A stretch of 64,000 nucleotides of DNA, taken from positions 3,162,001 to 3,226,000 of the forward strand of contig CDRNST010000008.1 of assembly GCA_977016875.1 (NCBI GenBank), given 5' to 3'. The notes beneath the pieces were generated by a model. That model saw only the letters and a list, made by a program, of their open reading frames with translations, did no database searches and was not told where the DNA came from. Origin of the DNA: Pavona decussata. Lineage: Eukaryota. This document shows, in pieces, positions 23,750 through 35,950 of this stretch; position 1 is the first letter of the stretch, and each line of letters opens with the position of its first letter. Position numbers and translations under genes: made by a program.

Positions 23750-26700
23750 ATTTCATCGACGCGTTCAAAAAGAAGGAGAAACCGTGGAAGCTTTCGTCCG
23801 AAATCTCTACGAGTTGGCAGAACATTGTGAATTTGGAACACAGAGAGATGAGCAAATCAGAGACAGGATTGTTATTGGAATTCTTGACAAATCACTCTCG
23901 CAAAAGCTTCAAATGAAATCGGATCTCAATCTCGACACGGCGATACAAATGGCGCGTCAGTCCGAACTAGTAAAAGTTCAGGTTGCGGGCCAGTCCGATG
24001 GTAAGCATTTGGGAGAAGTACACCAAAAGAAAGGCAAACCGAATCCAGTAAGAAGACCAGCCCGTAATGACCGTAAAGTGCGTGACAAGAATCCTAAGAA
24101 CGTTCCGATGGTTCACCCTTGCTCTCGATGTAATTGCATACACAAACAAGATGAAACTTGCCTAGCGACTGGGAAGCGATGCCCTAGATGTCACAAAAAG
24201 GGCCATTTTGCTGCTGTGTGCCGCTCAGTGAGAGAGGTAATGTTCAATTCGGGTGGAATTGATCAGCAATTTTTCCTTGGCGCCGTTAGTTCATGCGATA
24301 AGTTCGAAGAGCCGTGGAGTGTTGTGTTACACATCAACCGGAAACCTGTACAGTTTAAGATTGATACAGGAGCCGACATCTCTGTAATCTCAGTCTCGAC
24401 CTATCAATCCCTAACTCCGCGTCCAAAGCTGAAGCCTTCAAATGCCATGCTGTCCAGTCCAGGTGGGATGCTGAATTGGAAAGGCCAATTTAAAGCGGAA
24501 ATCTCCCTTAAGGGCAAACAGTACTTTGTTGATATTTATGTTATTGAAGGATCATGTGTAAACAACCTACTCAGTCGTCAAGCAGCATGCCAGATGGGTC
24601 TAGTCCAGCGCATCGAAGAAACTACTGCTAATGTGTTTGGTGACATGGGTCTAATGAACTGTGAGCCAGTTAAGATTGAGCTCACCGACAATGCAAAGCC
24701 GCATTGTGTTAATTCTGCGAGAAAGATTCCATTTCCTTTACTTCCCTAAGTGAAAGAGGAGCTCGAGCGCATGTTGCAAGAAGGAATCATCGAGGAAGTT
24801 AACGAACCGACCGACTGGTGTGCTCCTATGGTTCCTGTTGCTAAAACCAACGGTAAAGTCAGAATTTGCGTCGACCTACGGAGATTAAATGAAGCTGTTA
24901 AAAGAGAAAGATACATTCTCCCGACCTTAGAAGATGTTGCTCCAAAGCTGGCTGGAGCCGAAGTATTTTCAAAACTGGATGCATCTAGTGGTTATTGGCA
25001 AATACCTTTACACCCAGAAAGCTGAAGGTTAACCACCTTCATCACTCCCAGTGGCCGTTTCTGTTTCCGCCGTTTGCCATTCGGGATAACCTCCGCACCA
25101 GAAATTTTCCAGAAAAGAATGACCAACCTTCTAAATGACCAAGAAGGTGTGGCAGCTATCCAGGACGACATTATTGTCTATGGTAGAACTGTCGAAGAGC
25201 ATGATGCAAGACTTCAGAAAGTGTTTGTAACCATCACAAAGTCTGGACTTAAGCTGAATGAGAAGAAGTGCGAAATCCGCAAGCCAAAGATATGCTACTT
25301 CAGAAATGTCATTAGTAAAGAGGGAGTCAGCCCAGATCCAGACAAAGTTAGAGCCATTCAGGAACTTCCAGCACCAAAGAATGTACCTGAATTGCGTCAG
25401 GTGCTCGGAATGATTAACTATCTGGGAAAATTCCTGCCAAACCTGTCAGATGTGATTAGCCCAATGAGTGTGTTGCTTAAAGCCGATAGTACCTGGAATT
25501 GGTCCCATCGCCAGAAGGAAGCTTTCGACAAGGTCAAAGCCATGATAACCACAGCGCCTGTACTAGCATTCTATGATGTAAAGAAACCGACAGTGGTCTC
25601 TGCAGACGCCAGCAGCTATGGGTTAGGTGGTGTCCTCCTACAGAAGCATGGTGAACAACTACGTCCTGTTGCATTCGCCTCCCGTACCCTTACTAATGCA
25701 GAGAAGAAGTATGCTCAGATCGAGAAAGAGTGCTTAGCGTCAGTATGGACATGCGAGAAGTTTTCCCGCTACCTATGTGGTCTTGAGTCGTTCCAACTGA
25801 TGACAGACCACAAGCCGCTAGTACCACTGTTTAATCATCAAGACCTTGATCGAGTACCCTTAAGGTGTCAGCGTCTTCTTATGCGCATGATGAGATTCAG
25901 GGCAAAGGCTCAACATGTGCCAGGAAAGCAACTAGTGGTGGCTGATACGCTTTCAAGAAATCCCTTCTCTGTCCCATCCGAGACATCTGACACAGAAGCA
26001 GAAGTCAGAGCCTATGTGGATGCAGCAGAAATGGTACGACCAGCATCACCTGAGAAGATGGAAAGGATCAAAGAAGCTACTTCTTCTGATCCTCAGCTGA
26101 GTCGTGTTCTGAATTATACTGCCAATGGTTGGCCAAAGTATGCTTCAGATGTACCAGAAGAAATCCGTCCTTATCATGCGGTCCGTGGTGATCTTTCAGT
26201 AACAGACGGCAAGGTCATCTATCGAAACCGCCTTGTTATACCTCCTGTCCTACAGTGTGAGGTATTGGAGCGTATCCATGATGGTCATCAGGGCATAACC
26301 AAGTGTCTTGAAAGAGCTAATTTGTCAGTTTGGTGGCCTGGCATTGGTCGCGACATCCAGAACAAAGTTTCAATGTGTGACTTTTGTCAAGAGAACTTAC
26401 CTACTCAGAGAAAGGAACCACTTATCACTACACCACTCCCAGAAAGAGCGTGGAAGAAGATTGGCACAGACTTATGCGAACACGAAGGGAAGCAGTTCCT
26501 AGTGGTTATTGATTATTATTCGAGATTTCCTGAGATAGCTTTCATGTCCAGCACCACCAGCGATGCCGTGATCAATAAGCTTAAGGACTTATTTGCCCGA
26601 TGGGGAGTACCAGACGAAATTGTCAGTGACAATGGTCCACAATTCTCTTCTGATCAGTTCCGCAAGTTTAGCCAAGAATATGACTTCAAGCATACTACCA

Positions 26701-27748
26701 CTAGTCCATATCATCCACAAGTAAATGGTCAATCGGAAAGTGGAGTTCGCATTGCCAAGAAGATATTAAGACAGCGTGATCCCTTTCCTGCACTTATGTC
26801 ATATAGAGCTACACCTCATACAGCCACTGGTGTAAGTCCTTGCCAGCTTATGATGGGAAGAGAAATTCGCACACTTCTACCTACTTTAGAATCCAACCTA
26901 AGGCCAGTTTTACAAAGCCAGGAAGCAGTTACCAGGAAGGATGAGGAAACGAAAGCTGCCTACCGTCAGTACTTTGATCAGAGACATGGAGTGCGAACCC
27001 TTCCTGACCTACAGCCAGGCGACTCAGTGCGTGTGAAGTTGGATCAGCAGAAAGGATGGAAGACGCCTGGGAAAGTCATTGCGAGAAGCCTTACCCCCAG
27101 GTCGTACGTCGTCCAGACACCTTTCAGCATGGTGCGTAGAAACCGTAGACACCTACGCCCAGCAACCAGTCCCAGGAGATTGGAAATACCTGATGAGCAA
27201 GATTTGGATCAAGATCCAGAGACACAAGCAGAAGGCCCAGGCTTGGAATCCTCACATGCTGAAGCAGAGCAATTACCGCAGATTGTGAAACCTTGTAAAG
27301 TGATCCCAACTGTACCCTCCTCTGCAGAAACACAGTCCAGTCTACCACAACCAGAAGTTAGGACCTCAAGTGGTCGTGTCGTTAGGAAACCTGTCCGCTT
27401 TAAAGACTCTGTTTAATCAGTGTTTACTTTTCTTTGAACTGTTATTGAGACATTGACTGATTAATATGCAAGGCACTAAGCCAGTTGCTATGTATATTTT
27501 CATGTTCACGTTTCGTATTCGCTAAGTCTTTAAGAGCTCAAAGGAGGGAGATGTCATGAGAGACTAGTTTTTGATGATGTTTGTTTATTCATGTATTGCG
27601 CATGTGCGTGAGTAGTTTCCCGGACCTCGTGGTGAGTTCAACCAAAAGTCGGAATGAAACGCGAAGATTGATGTACACTTAGGACCGGTCTAATTAAATA
27701 ATATTGTTCCTGTTTAAATGAGTGTTCACGTGTAGCATCAACTTGACA
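23750..27748 (+). mobile_element. Ty3/Gypsy LTR retrotransposon (Mag/K02A2.6-like), 5'-truncated; gag-pol with two premature stops (24747-49, 25023-25)
   Basis: Gag zinc knuckle CPRCHKKGHFAAVC, protease IDTGADISV, RT LDASSGYWQ...PFGITSAPEIFQ...IQDDIIVYG, RNase H ADASSYGLGG/YAQIEKE/TDHKPL, integrase HDGHQG..CDFC, DLC..SDNGPQF..SE; PPT and 3' LTR present. Confidence 0.95.
27552..27748 (+). repeat. 3' LTR (197 bp) of the Gypsy element
   Basis: Begins TGTCA directly after the polypurine tract aaaggagggaga (27540-27551) and ends TGACA; contains ATTAAA. Confidence 0.8.
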
Positions 27749-28600
27749 AGTGGTATGCACGTTGTGTATCCAGGATCAGTTGTTTGATAGAAGACGTAAT
27801 CCATGGTTTGTCTGTGTGGTGAATTCTCACGGACTTGGTCGGGAAGAACATGTTAATGACTGTCGTGAGGTCTGTTGTGAACGATTCAGCCATTGTATTC
27901 ACTGTCTCTATGTCTTGAGCGTAGTCAAACCATTGGTGCTAGAACACCAAAAACGGTGCAGACAATATGCGAGCGACTGAGGCAGCACTATTTGGGTCTT
28001 GAGCAACTGCAAGCGGGTTTTATCCAAAAGACCCTAAAGGAGCATTGGATACCGGACTACAATATAGATGACTAAGATTAGTTTCTATCCGAGTGAGTCA
28101 AGTATGGAGCGCTTCCTAGTAGTAACGTGAGTGACTTTCTTAAGAACTTGATGCGAGATAAGGTCGGCTTTACCGAGATTGTTAAAGTCACCTAAGATAA
28201 CTAAGGCAAAGCAACGAAAGGAAGTGCGAACTGAGCCAATAGCGTCCAGTAAGGTCTTTCTGTTCTTGAGCAGATTTGCCTGGAGGATTGTAAACAATAC
28301 AAACCGCAATACCCGACAGTGGGCGGGTAAACGATAGGGTCGAAGCCAGAGCCACGTACATTCATGGTGAGGGCTCTCCAAGTCAGATCTGCGTTTGCAG
28401 CCTCCACGGCTGTGTGATCTGTCTCTCCGATGTACCCGTTATGTTCAGTGAGTTATTATCGTGTCCATCATGCAGCCACATTGTAGGTCTCAGTTGTTGT
28501 TGAAACGTCAGTGGACATGACATGCATAGTAGCTGTCAATTCATCTATTTTGGATGGAAGGGAGCCAACATTAGATAATAGATAGCAAGGTGAGCCAGTA
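27749..28600 (-). mobile_element. Decayed L2/CR1-like LINE endonuclease region, abutting the Gypsy LTR
   Basis: LLSNVGSLPSKIDEL...DVSTTTET, HECTWLWLRPYRLP, VILGDFN...VTTRKRSILD are APE endonuclease motifs. Confidence 0.75.
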
Positions 28601-29440
28601 TTTCTCCTGGTTAAGGGGGAGGGTCTCCGGGGATAAATGGATGTTTGTGAGTTTGAAAGATCGAAGTCTAGCAAAAAGATTATGACCACCACCTTTGTAC
28701 TGATGAGACGACGATTTAAGGCACAAAGCTTTTCTCACAGAGATGCTCTGGATAAATCTATACGTTTTAAGCCCAGTTGGATTGTTGTCGGTTCCCTGGT
28801 ATCCCTGATTAGCATAATCATCAATAAATTTATGAATCCGTACACAGTTCGATAAATTCGATCCAGGGGTAAAACAATCCTCATTGCGGATAGCTAAGTA
28901 GGAGGTCTGTTGGCAAATGTCGCACGAACAGCAATTAGGTGACGTTTGTTGTTGATCAACGGTCGACCGACCTTAGCGTTATTTTTAAGAACAATATTAG
29001 TGATATATTAAATTTCAACGATGTAGGAAGTCTGCACCAATTGTACTTTTAAATTTGAATTAGCCTCAATTTTTAAGTGCAATCCAATTATGACTTTCTT
29101 AACTTGAGAACTAAATTGCAAAGTTTGCTACTTCTTTTATTTATTAATAAAACGGGAGTGCTAAATTGAATATTACCAAAATTTACTGAGGAAATAGGAT
29201 TTTGCTTCACGCCTTGCAGTAAAGACGAGGATTGTTTCTCTTAAAAAACCGTACAGTCCTACATTATGTTGCCCTCTTCCACTGAAGTAATGATACAATT
29301 TAATGGCCGTTAAACTAAACAGCGAGACAATGAAAATTGTGCGTGGTTTCCACATCCGAAATTTGAAAAATACAAAGTAAGATCAGAATTTCCTTTGTGC
29401 AAATCCGTACAAAAAAAGTAAATTCGTTTACCTGCATGAT

Positions 29441-30130
29441 AGGCCTGGTTCACATTAGAAACAGAAGCGGCGGAATCGGAATCGGAATCGGAATCGGGGT
29501 CGGAATCGCAAGATATTCTGACCAAGTGTGAATCAATACTAGGGAAGCAGAAACGGAAGCATCACTTTGGTTCAAAATGGCGGAAGGCCGCCATGTTTTC
29601 TGTTCTAAATCTCACGTAAAGGGATTAGGAATGAGCTATTTGATTAGTTAATTCTTAATTCTGCTTGCGATTCCGATGAACCAGTTCACACTTGATCGAA
29701 AGCGACGGAATCAGGGGTGAAATAAGAAAAAAGGAAAAGTTCTGATCCTTGCTTTTCCGATTCCTTGGAGCTCACGATTCCGTCTCCGTTTTTTATTCAT
29801 ACTGGAAAGACAGGTTTCTAACGCTTAAAAGCAGACAACGGTCTAAGCGGAGTTCGTAGAATCAGAAGGTTTCCATTTTGTTATGATCGCGCTTTGGATT
29901 CTATTACTTACGATCTATTGAAATAAACATTTTGTCGGAGTCGCAAGTGGAAGCGGAACAATAAACCAATCACAATAATCCTGCTCAGCCCTCTCAATAC
30001 TGGTTCGGACAGCGAAAAGCATGGCGCGCCTGAGAACGAGCATTGTCATCGGTTCATCCTTGTGCTTCTGCTTGCGTGTCTGCTGTTTGATTTTGATACT
30101 TCTGATTACGACTCTCACTCCGAATCCGGT
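29441..30130. repeat. Decayed MITE-like repeats with a (GGAATC)n tract
   Basis: aggcctggttcacattag terminus, (cggaat)n at 29470-29507, partial inverted matches (aaccagttcacact, attccgatg). Confidence 0.45.
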
Positions 30131-31485
30131 CGGTCAGTATGACTTGGGATAAAGCTGGGTTTTGCTACGGAGCTGTTTTTAATAGAAACCGTCAGGGCAA
30201 CCTCCCCTCAGTTGTGTCTTCGGCTTCGCTATGGGGTCCAGTCCACCTGTGTTCAACCCTTTGGACTCTGCTGAAACTCTCCTCGTACGCAGCGCAACAA
30301 AACATTCAGATTGGTTTAGCATTGATAAGTTATAATAAAGCAAAAATATTCTTATTATTATGGCTGACGGTTCATTAGTTTCACACCTAACTTTTTCCGT
30401 TGGCACAACATAAACATTGCAGGGATAATTTGAATGCTTGCGCCGTCCTTATTGGCGCTGTAAAGGATCCGTTCACCTAAGAAACAACTCAGATAAGGCC
30501 ATGTGTGCTACAAACCATCACAGACCAGATTTACTTTTTTTTAGATTTTATTTAAATACTTAAGTTCAAACTCATGGTTTCAAATAAAAAAGTCACATTT
30601 TCAAGCATTTGGAACGATTCATATGGCTTGTCGTTGATGATTAAGCGTACGTTTGCTTAATCAGTGATTTATGAATTGGATTAAGTCTGATCATGCGTTA
30701 AACAGAGAGCTTTGTTTTCGCTTTAAAGACTATAATTTGCCAGTCTTTCTGTTGAGCTATGTCAAAATAATGGCTTCATCCGTTAAAAAACTGTATCTTG
30801 ATGTATTTAAGGTTCCATATAAGTTTGATCGGCCTGTTTTTCTTTAACATTTGAAAAATGGAGAACAGTATTTGAGTTTAGTCAATGCTCAGCTCTAAAT
30901 CGTCTTCGTGTGTTTGGAATGATGCTTCTTGACCAGCTTACCCTGAAGACAAGCAAACAAGATTTAAATTAGACAAATTATTAAATTATGACGTCTTTCG
31001 GCATCACTAAAAAGTTATCAATAATATTATAAGGTATTTGGGTTCATGTTCGCTGTTATTCAAGAAATGTTTGTCATGTACAGGTGACATTAAAATGACG
31101 AGCACATGGTTTACCTTGTTCTATGCTTTGTGACCGTCCGAATATTACAATTTCTGGTGGCTAGGATGGCTTTTGTAATTTGTTGGTCAAATGGGGCATA
31201 ATGTGAATGGTAAAGTAGGTATTGCAGTAACATGAAGCGAGTGTTCCGGCGTTCCGGCTTTGATCAGGGTTGACGCTTACGGAGATCTTCGCAGTACGGC
31301 TGGCTTCTCGATGACCGAAATAAAACTTTTTCGATGAGTCAGAGAGACACAGTTCTCCCACATAGCATAACCTCTAAAATCAAATTGAGGGCAAATCAAT
31401 TGCTCAGCTGTTACTGAAGGGATTGTAAATCAACATGGAAGTTCACACGTTCGTGTCCACTGTTTCTGAAACGGAGTGCAACAAC

Positions 31486-32644
31486 TTATGCGTGGTTCAA
31501 TTCTACCTGTTACCATCCCCTCCGGGCACAACCCTGGGAAAACCCGGCCCGTCTGGCCCGAGGGTCGGGAATTTCCTCAAGTGGTCTTGCCCAGGGGTAG
31601 GGGGGCGGGGCAAATCGAAATAACTACTCGCGCAAGGACTTATGGGGTGACACAATGGGGGCTAACCACGCGAAAAAGGCCACGTTTTTCGCTGGTAAGT
31701 CCATTGAGTACGTTAGCGAATGGCTGGACCAGAATAATCTGTCGAAGCTGAAAGCTGTGTTTGAAGTTAAGTGTTATTGGTAATTTGTTGCTGTTTTATA
31801 AAATGAAAATACATTTTATTTTATCGATCTGATGGAGGCGATGTGATTTATATTTTCATTCATAGCTTTAAAAGCATCTCCCAGAACTTGCTTTGACGTA
31901 AGTCTCCGAATTTTAGTAGCTTTATTTCGTATATTCAAGGCTGTTTCATTTTTATACTTTTATCTTAAAGGTATAGGCTTTGGGTAAATGTTTCGGTTCC
32001 CAGATTTGTTCTCAAATTTTACAGTTGGATTTCTGCATGCAATGCGTACGCGTCGCTTCGAATTCAACTCGAATCTGCGGCAATCAAGTAATTAAGTTCA
32101 AAACATAAAAGAGGAAAGGATTTCCTCCAGAAGAAAAATTAATAATGGTTTTCTTTCGCTTCAGCTTGTTTCAGGCGCAGTTTTAATGTTGTAAATATGC
32201 TGAGTTAAACATTTTGACCTTCTTGTAGAAAAGCAATTTATTTGTACTGAAAATACAAAAGACGTTGTTCCACATCGTTTTCTAGCTAGGAATTTAAGAG
32301 TTGTTTTGTAGAGATACATTTCAATTTTCGAGGCAGTTTGGTTGAAACGCCCTCCTGGTGTATAAGTGTGTCTGTCGAGTTTTATAATATTCGCTTTTAT
32401 ACTTCGGAAAGGAGTTAATTGTTCTAAAAGTTTAGGATTTTTCAGGTTCCTGGTTTTGTTTGAATAAAGAAATAAATCATCAAAACGAAGCTGTATATTT
32501 TTAGTCCATGTCATGAGTCCCGGGGATGAAGAATTGTCTCTTTTCTGTGTGCCCGGGGAGGGGAATAGGACGTCAAGTACAAGATGCCCGGGGGTGTGCC
32601 CGGGGGGGAGGTTGGAAACAGGTAGAATTTAGAACCACGCATTA
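31486..32644. mobile_element. About 1.15-kb non-autonomous DNA transposon with roughly 50-bp TIRs
   Basis: ttatgcgtggttcaattctacctgttaccatcccctccgggcaca pairs with tgtgcccggggggaggttggaaacaggtagaatttagaaccacgcatta; AT-rich non-coding interior. Confidence 0.8.
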
Positions 32645-32867
32645 TAATTCGAACATCTTCAGTTGAAACCAAGCATCTACTCTGGTAACAGTTACCATGA
32701 TTGGCCTGTCCCAGTGTTGTTCTAGAAGAAAGACGTTTCCTTACAAGTTTGTGGCGACTACAATCCTACAGCAAACAATAAGCCAGTGTTCAGATGTTGA
32801 TCAGTATCCAAGATTTGTTTGCAAAATAGTCGCGGGAGCGTGCAGAGCGACATGCTGGCGAAGTCTC

Positions 32868-33280
32868 CAGATGTTTGAACACTTGGAAACGGACAGGGCC
32901 TCACACATCTTCAAACATCTGGAGACTTCGCCAGCATGTCGCTCTGCATGCTCCCGCGACAATTTTGCCATTATCGATCAGGCATCCACGCGGTTTGCCC
33001 TTAAAATCAAAGAGGCGTTGCACATAGTTTGGGAAAAACCTACTCTCAACGCACAAGTCAAACACGTTAATTTAAAACTTTCTGTCTAATTTTGTATTAC
33101 TATTGTTATGGTCTTAATTATTCTATTGTTATTGTAATTTTTTTAGCATTTATATTTCACTGTAATTTGTTACAAGTTCATTTTCACACTGAAGCTGTGG
33201 CAGAGGCAACTGCCTAAACATGTCTGTTATAAAACTCAGAAGTGTCGTGTTTTTCATAAAATTAATTTATTCATTACACA
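32868..33280 (+). mobile_element. Penelope-like element 3' fragment (GIY-YIG C-terminus plus pseudo-LTR)
   Basis: EHLETDRASHIFKHLETSPACRSACSRDNFAIIDQASTRFALKIKEALHIVWEKPTLNAQVKHVNLKLSV*, then an AT-rich tail with a decayed hammerhead-like motif. Confidence 0.85.
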
Positions 33281-34035
33281 TTGCCTCACATGACCCATCT
33301 CAATTGTTGGATAGGAATATATATATGGGTCCAGGAACCATTGTATTTTGGGGTTGGACTTTAAATTGGTGAAAAAATAATTGGCCCTGTTCAGGGTTTT
33401 AAAAGCCTTCACCGGGCATATCCTGTTTCCTTCACACGTGGTATGAAGAAGACACGAGATAACTACGCATAGGTTTATTTTTCTCTAAAGATGTAACGTG
33501 TAAATTTAAAAATACTTAAGATTATACTAGCCTTTTTATCTGATGCCTTTTTTTCTTCTGGCGGATGCTTATCAGGGAAAACACTCTTTCTGCTAGTAGA
33601 TTTGTTGTCTTGTGTTGTTTTCTTATGCTTAACATTGGTTTCATCCTTCTGGTGCGTCTTGGAACGCTGAGAAATTCGTAAGGAATATAATGAATTGGTC
33701 AGTGCATATAAATAATACTACGGCTCGTAATACTTACTAACATAGTTGTTAAGAAGTACAAAAAGCCCAGGCAATGTGGAATTAAAAAACATTTTCTAAC
33801 CATTGACGTTTTGGAGAATTATGTTAGTCATAATGAATGGGAGGTGATCTCGACAACTAGACTAGTTGTTGCGATATGGTAACGGATTCTACCAAATTTC
33901 ATATATGAAGATGTAGATGCTAATGTGAAAGACGAGGACTATTTAACAATTATTCCGCGAGGGCGCGTTTGATATGAGATAATAGTGAAAGTGCAATAAT
34001 TCTTTCACTAAAATCAAGCAAGAAATATTGCTGAT

Positions 34036-34650
34036 TTTATTTATTTATTTATTTATTTATTTATTCACCACGACATACAAACATAGAAAGTTACAATGAA
34101 TAATAGACTAGGATTACAAGTACAAAAGTTTAGAGTAAATAATAATAGTAAAAGAAGTAAGAAGTGGCGAGGAGACCTCAAGAAACCCCCGGGCTTATAC
34201 TGAGAGGTCTCCTCGGAGATATGTTGGGACTTTAAGACCAGTAAAGACATTGTATTGAGATTTTTTAACATACGGTGGTGGTAAGACTATAAAGACATAA
34301 CAGAGTCGGACGTTTCATGCAATTAACTGAGGAAATCAAGAAGCTTTCTTTTGAAGGTGGATAGACTAGGGGAAGACGTAATTGATAATGGCAAAGCATT
34401 CCATATTTTTGGCCCTCTATAGAGTATAGTAAATTGTTTGATATTAGTTCGGCAGGTGTGAGGTCGAAAATGAGCTGAGGTTCTAGTATCATAATTATGA
34501 ATTTGACCACCAGTCGGAAATAAATTTAGAAAGGGCGAAGGCAGCAAACGTTGGTGATAGGAAAACATAAATTTTGCAATATAAAAGGAATTCACCTTAA
34601 AAATATCTAGGATATTCAATTGTGCAAATAAAGGTGCAGAAGGTGCAAGG
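34036..34650 (-). mobile_element. 5'-truncated LINE (CR1/L2-like ORF2 C-terminus) with (TAAA)n tail
   Basis: APLFAQLNILDIFKVNSFYIAKFMFSYHQRLLP..F...HNYDTR...CRTNIKQFTILYRGPKIWNALP..I....SLSTFKRKL; (ttta)n at 34036-34065. Confidence 0.85.
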
Positions 34651-34995
34651 TGATTATCTCGTAAGAAAGTCCAGAAAGAGATTTAATGACTGCCATTTCT
34701 CGGGCATGATACAATGGCTGATATCCCATGGTCGCTAAGCCTATTATTCAACTACCCAGTTTTTAATAATAAACGATATTACAGTGTTTAATTTGTTTAC
34801 TGAGCCTGAACCTCTAAGAAAGAATTACATTATGGACTCGAGATTTTTATTGCGTGACAGTTAATGAGCCTGAAACGAGAATCAACTATCACGTATAGAA
34901 ATCGAATAATTTAATTTCACTTCATTTCATGGTTTTTTTGAAAGGTTAAAAGTCGCAGAGCGTTCTCGCCCCTCGCTATCGCAGAAGAGGGAATA

Positions 34996-35496
34996 CCGCA
35001 TTTACTCGAATAAGCGCCGCCCTCGATTAAGCGCCGCACATGGAGCGGAATGGTTAATAGGCGCCACCCTCGAAAAAGCGCCGCAGCTCCGGTGCAGCGC
35101 TTATTTGAGTATTTCCATAAGATGATAAAAATACACTGTAATCGCTGCAATGCATCTCTAAGCTAGCAATGGGAATTTAATTTCATCAATACTGATGTTT
35201 TTCAGTTTGAAATGAGTATATCTTGATGCTCTTTCATTCAGTTCTCTCTTCAAAATGTTCGCGTTCTTCAGTTCTTGCGTGAAGGCTGTAAACTTCGCCG
35301 GTGCGACAAGCCCAACCTCCCTCTTTCTCTTCCCTGTAACTGTTGCAGTAAGGTGATTGTCAGTGTTTGCTTGTACAATCAAAATGTTTTGGCTTTGTGG
35401 TATGAGCATTTTAATAAGCGCCGCCCTCGAATAAGCGCCGCACAGGAGACACGAAAAATTAAATAAGCGCCGCGGTGCTTATTCGAGTAAACACGG
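34996..35496. mobile_element. Tc1/mariner-pogo-type MITE with TA TSD
   Basis: TA|ccgcatttactcgaataagcgccg ... cggtgcttattcgagtaaacacgg|TA, with repeated subterminal aataagcgccgc motifs. Confidence 0.85.
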
Positions 35497-35950
35497 TAAG
35501 TACCATTACCGAAACGATAAGGGCCTGATTCAGTGTTGGTAGATATACAAAGTAAAACGTGAGGCTTAAATAGGCCATTCACGGATGTAGACTGGGTACA
35601 TGACAATGTCCGCACAGCAGAGGCTTAAACCAATATCTAAAGAAAAACTCTTTCAGTTAGTTGTGTTCGTCATTTTATCAGTAAGAAGTGTTAAGTTAAG
35701 GAGTTGTCAACAGGATAAAGTCATTACCTGACAGTCACTTGGTCTTGCTATTGTTGACTGTTTGAGGATAAAAGTAAGTCGCATGTCAGTCGGTACATGG
35801 TTTATTTTGTTTTTTGTAGGTTTTATGGTTTTATATTAGCAAGAAGCGTGTTGCGTTATATAAAGGATGAGTAGGTTAAATTATTTCAGTTTCAAGTGCC
35901 TGAGAAAAGACTGCTGGTGCAAATGTAAACAAATGGAATGCAACGCACTC

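Noticed and set aside
29173-29355. Short ORF with hydrophobic N-terminus (MWKPRTIFIVSLFSLTAIKLY)
   Set aside because: No downstream exons could be linked; it runs into a LINE remnant and may be chance.
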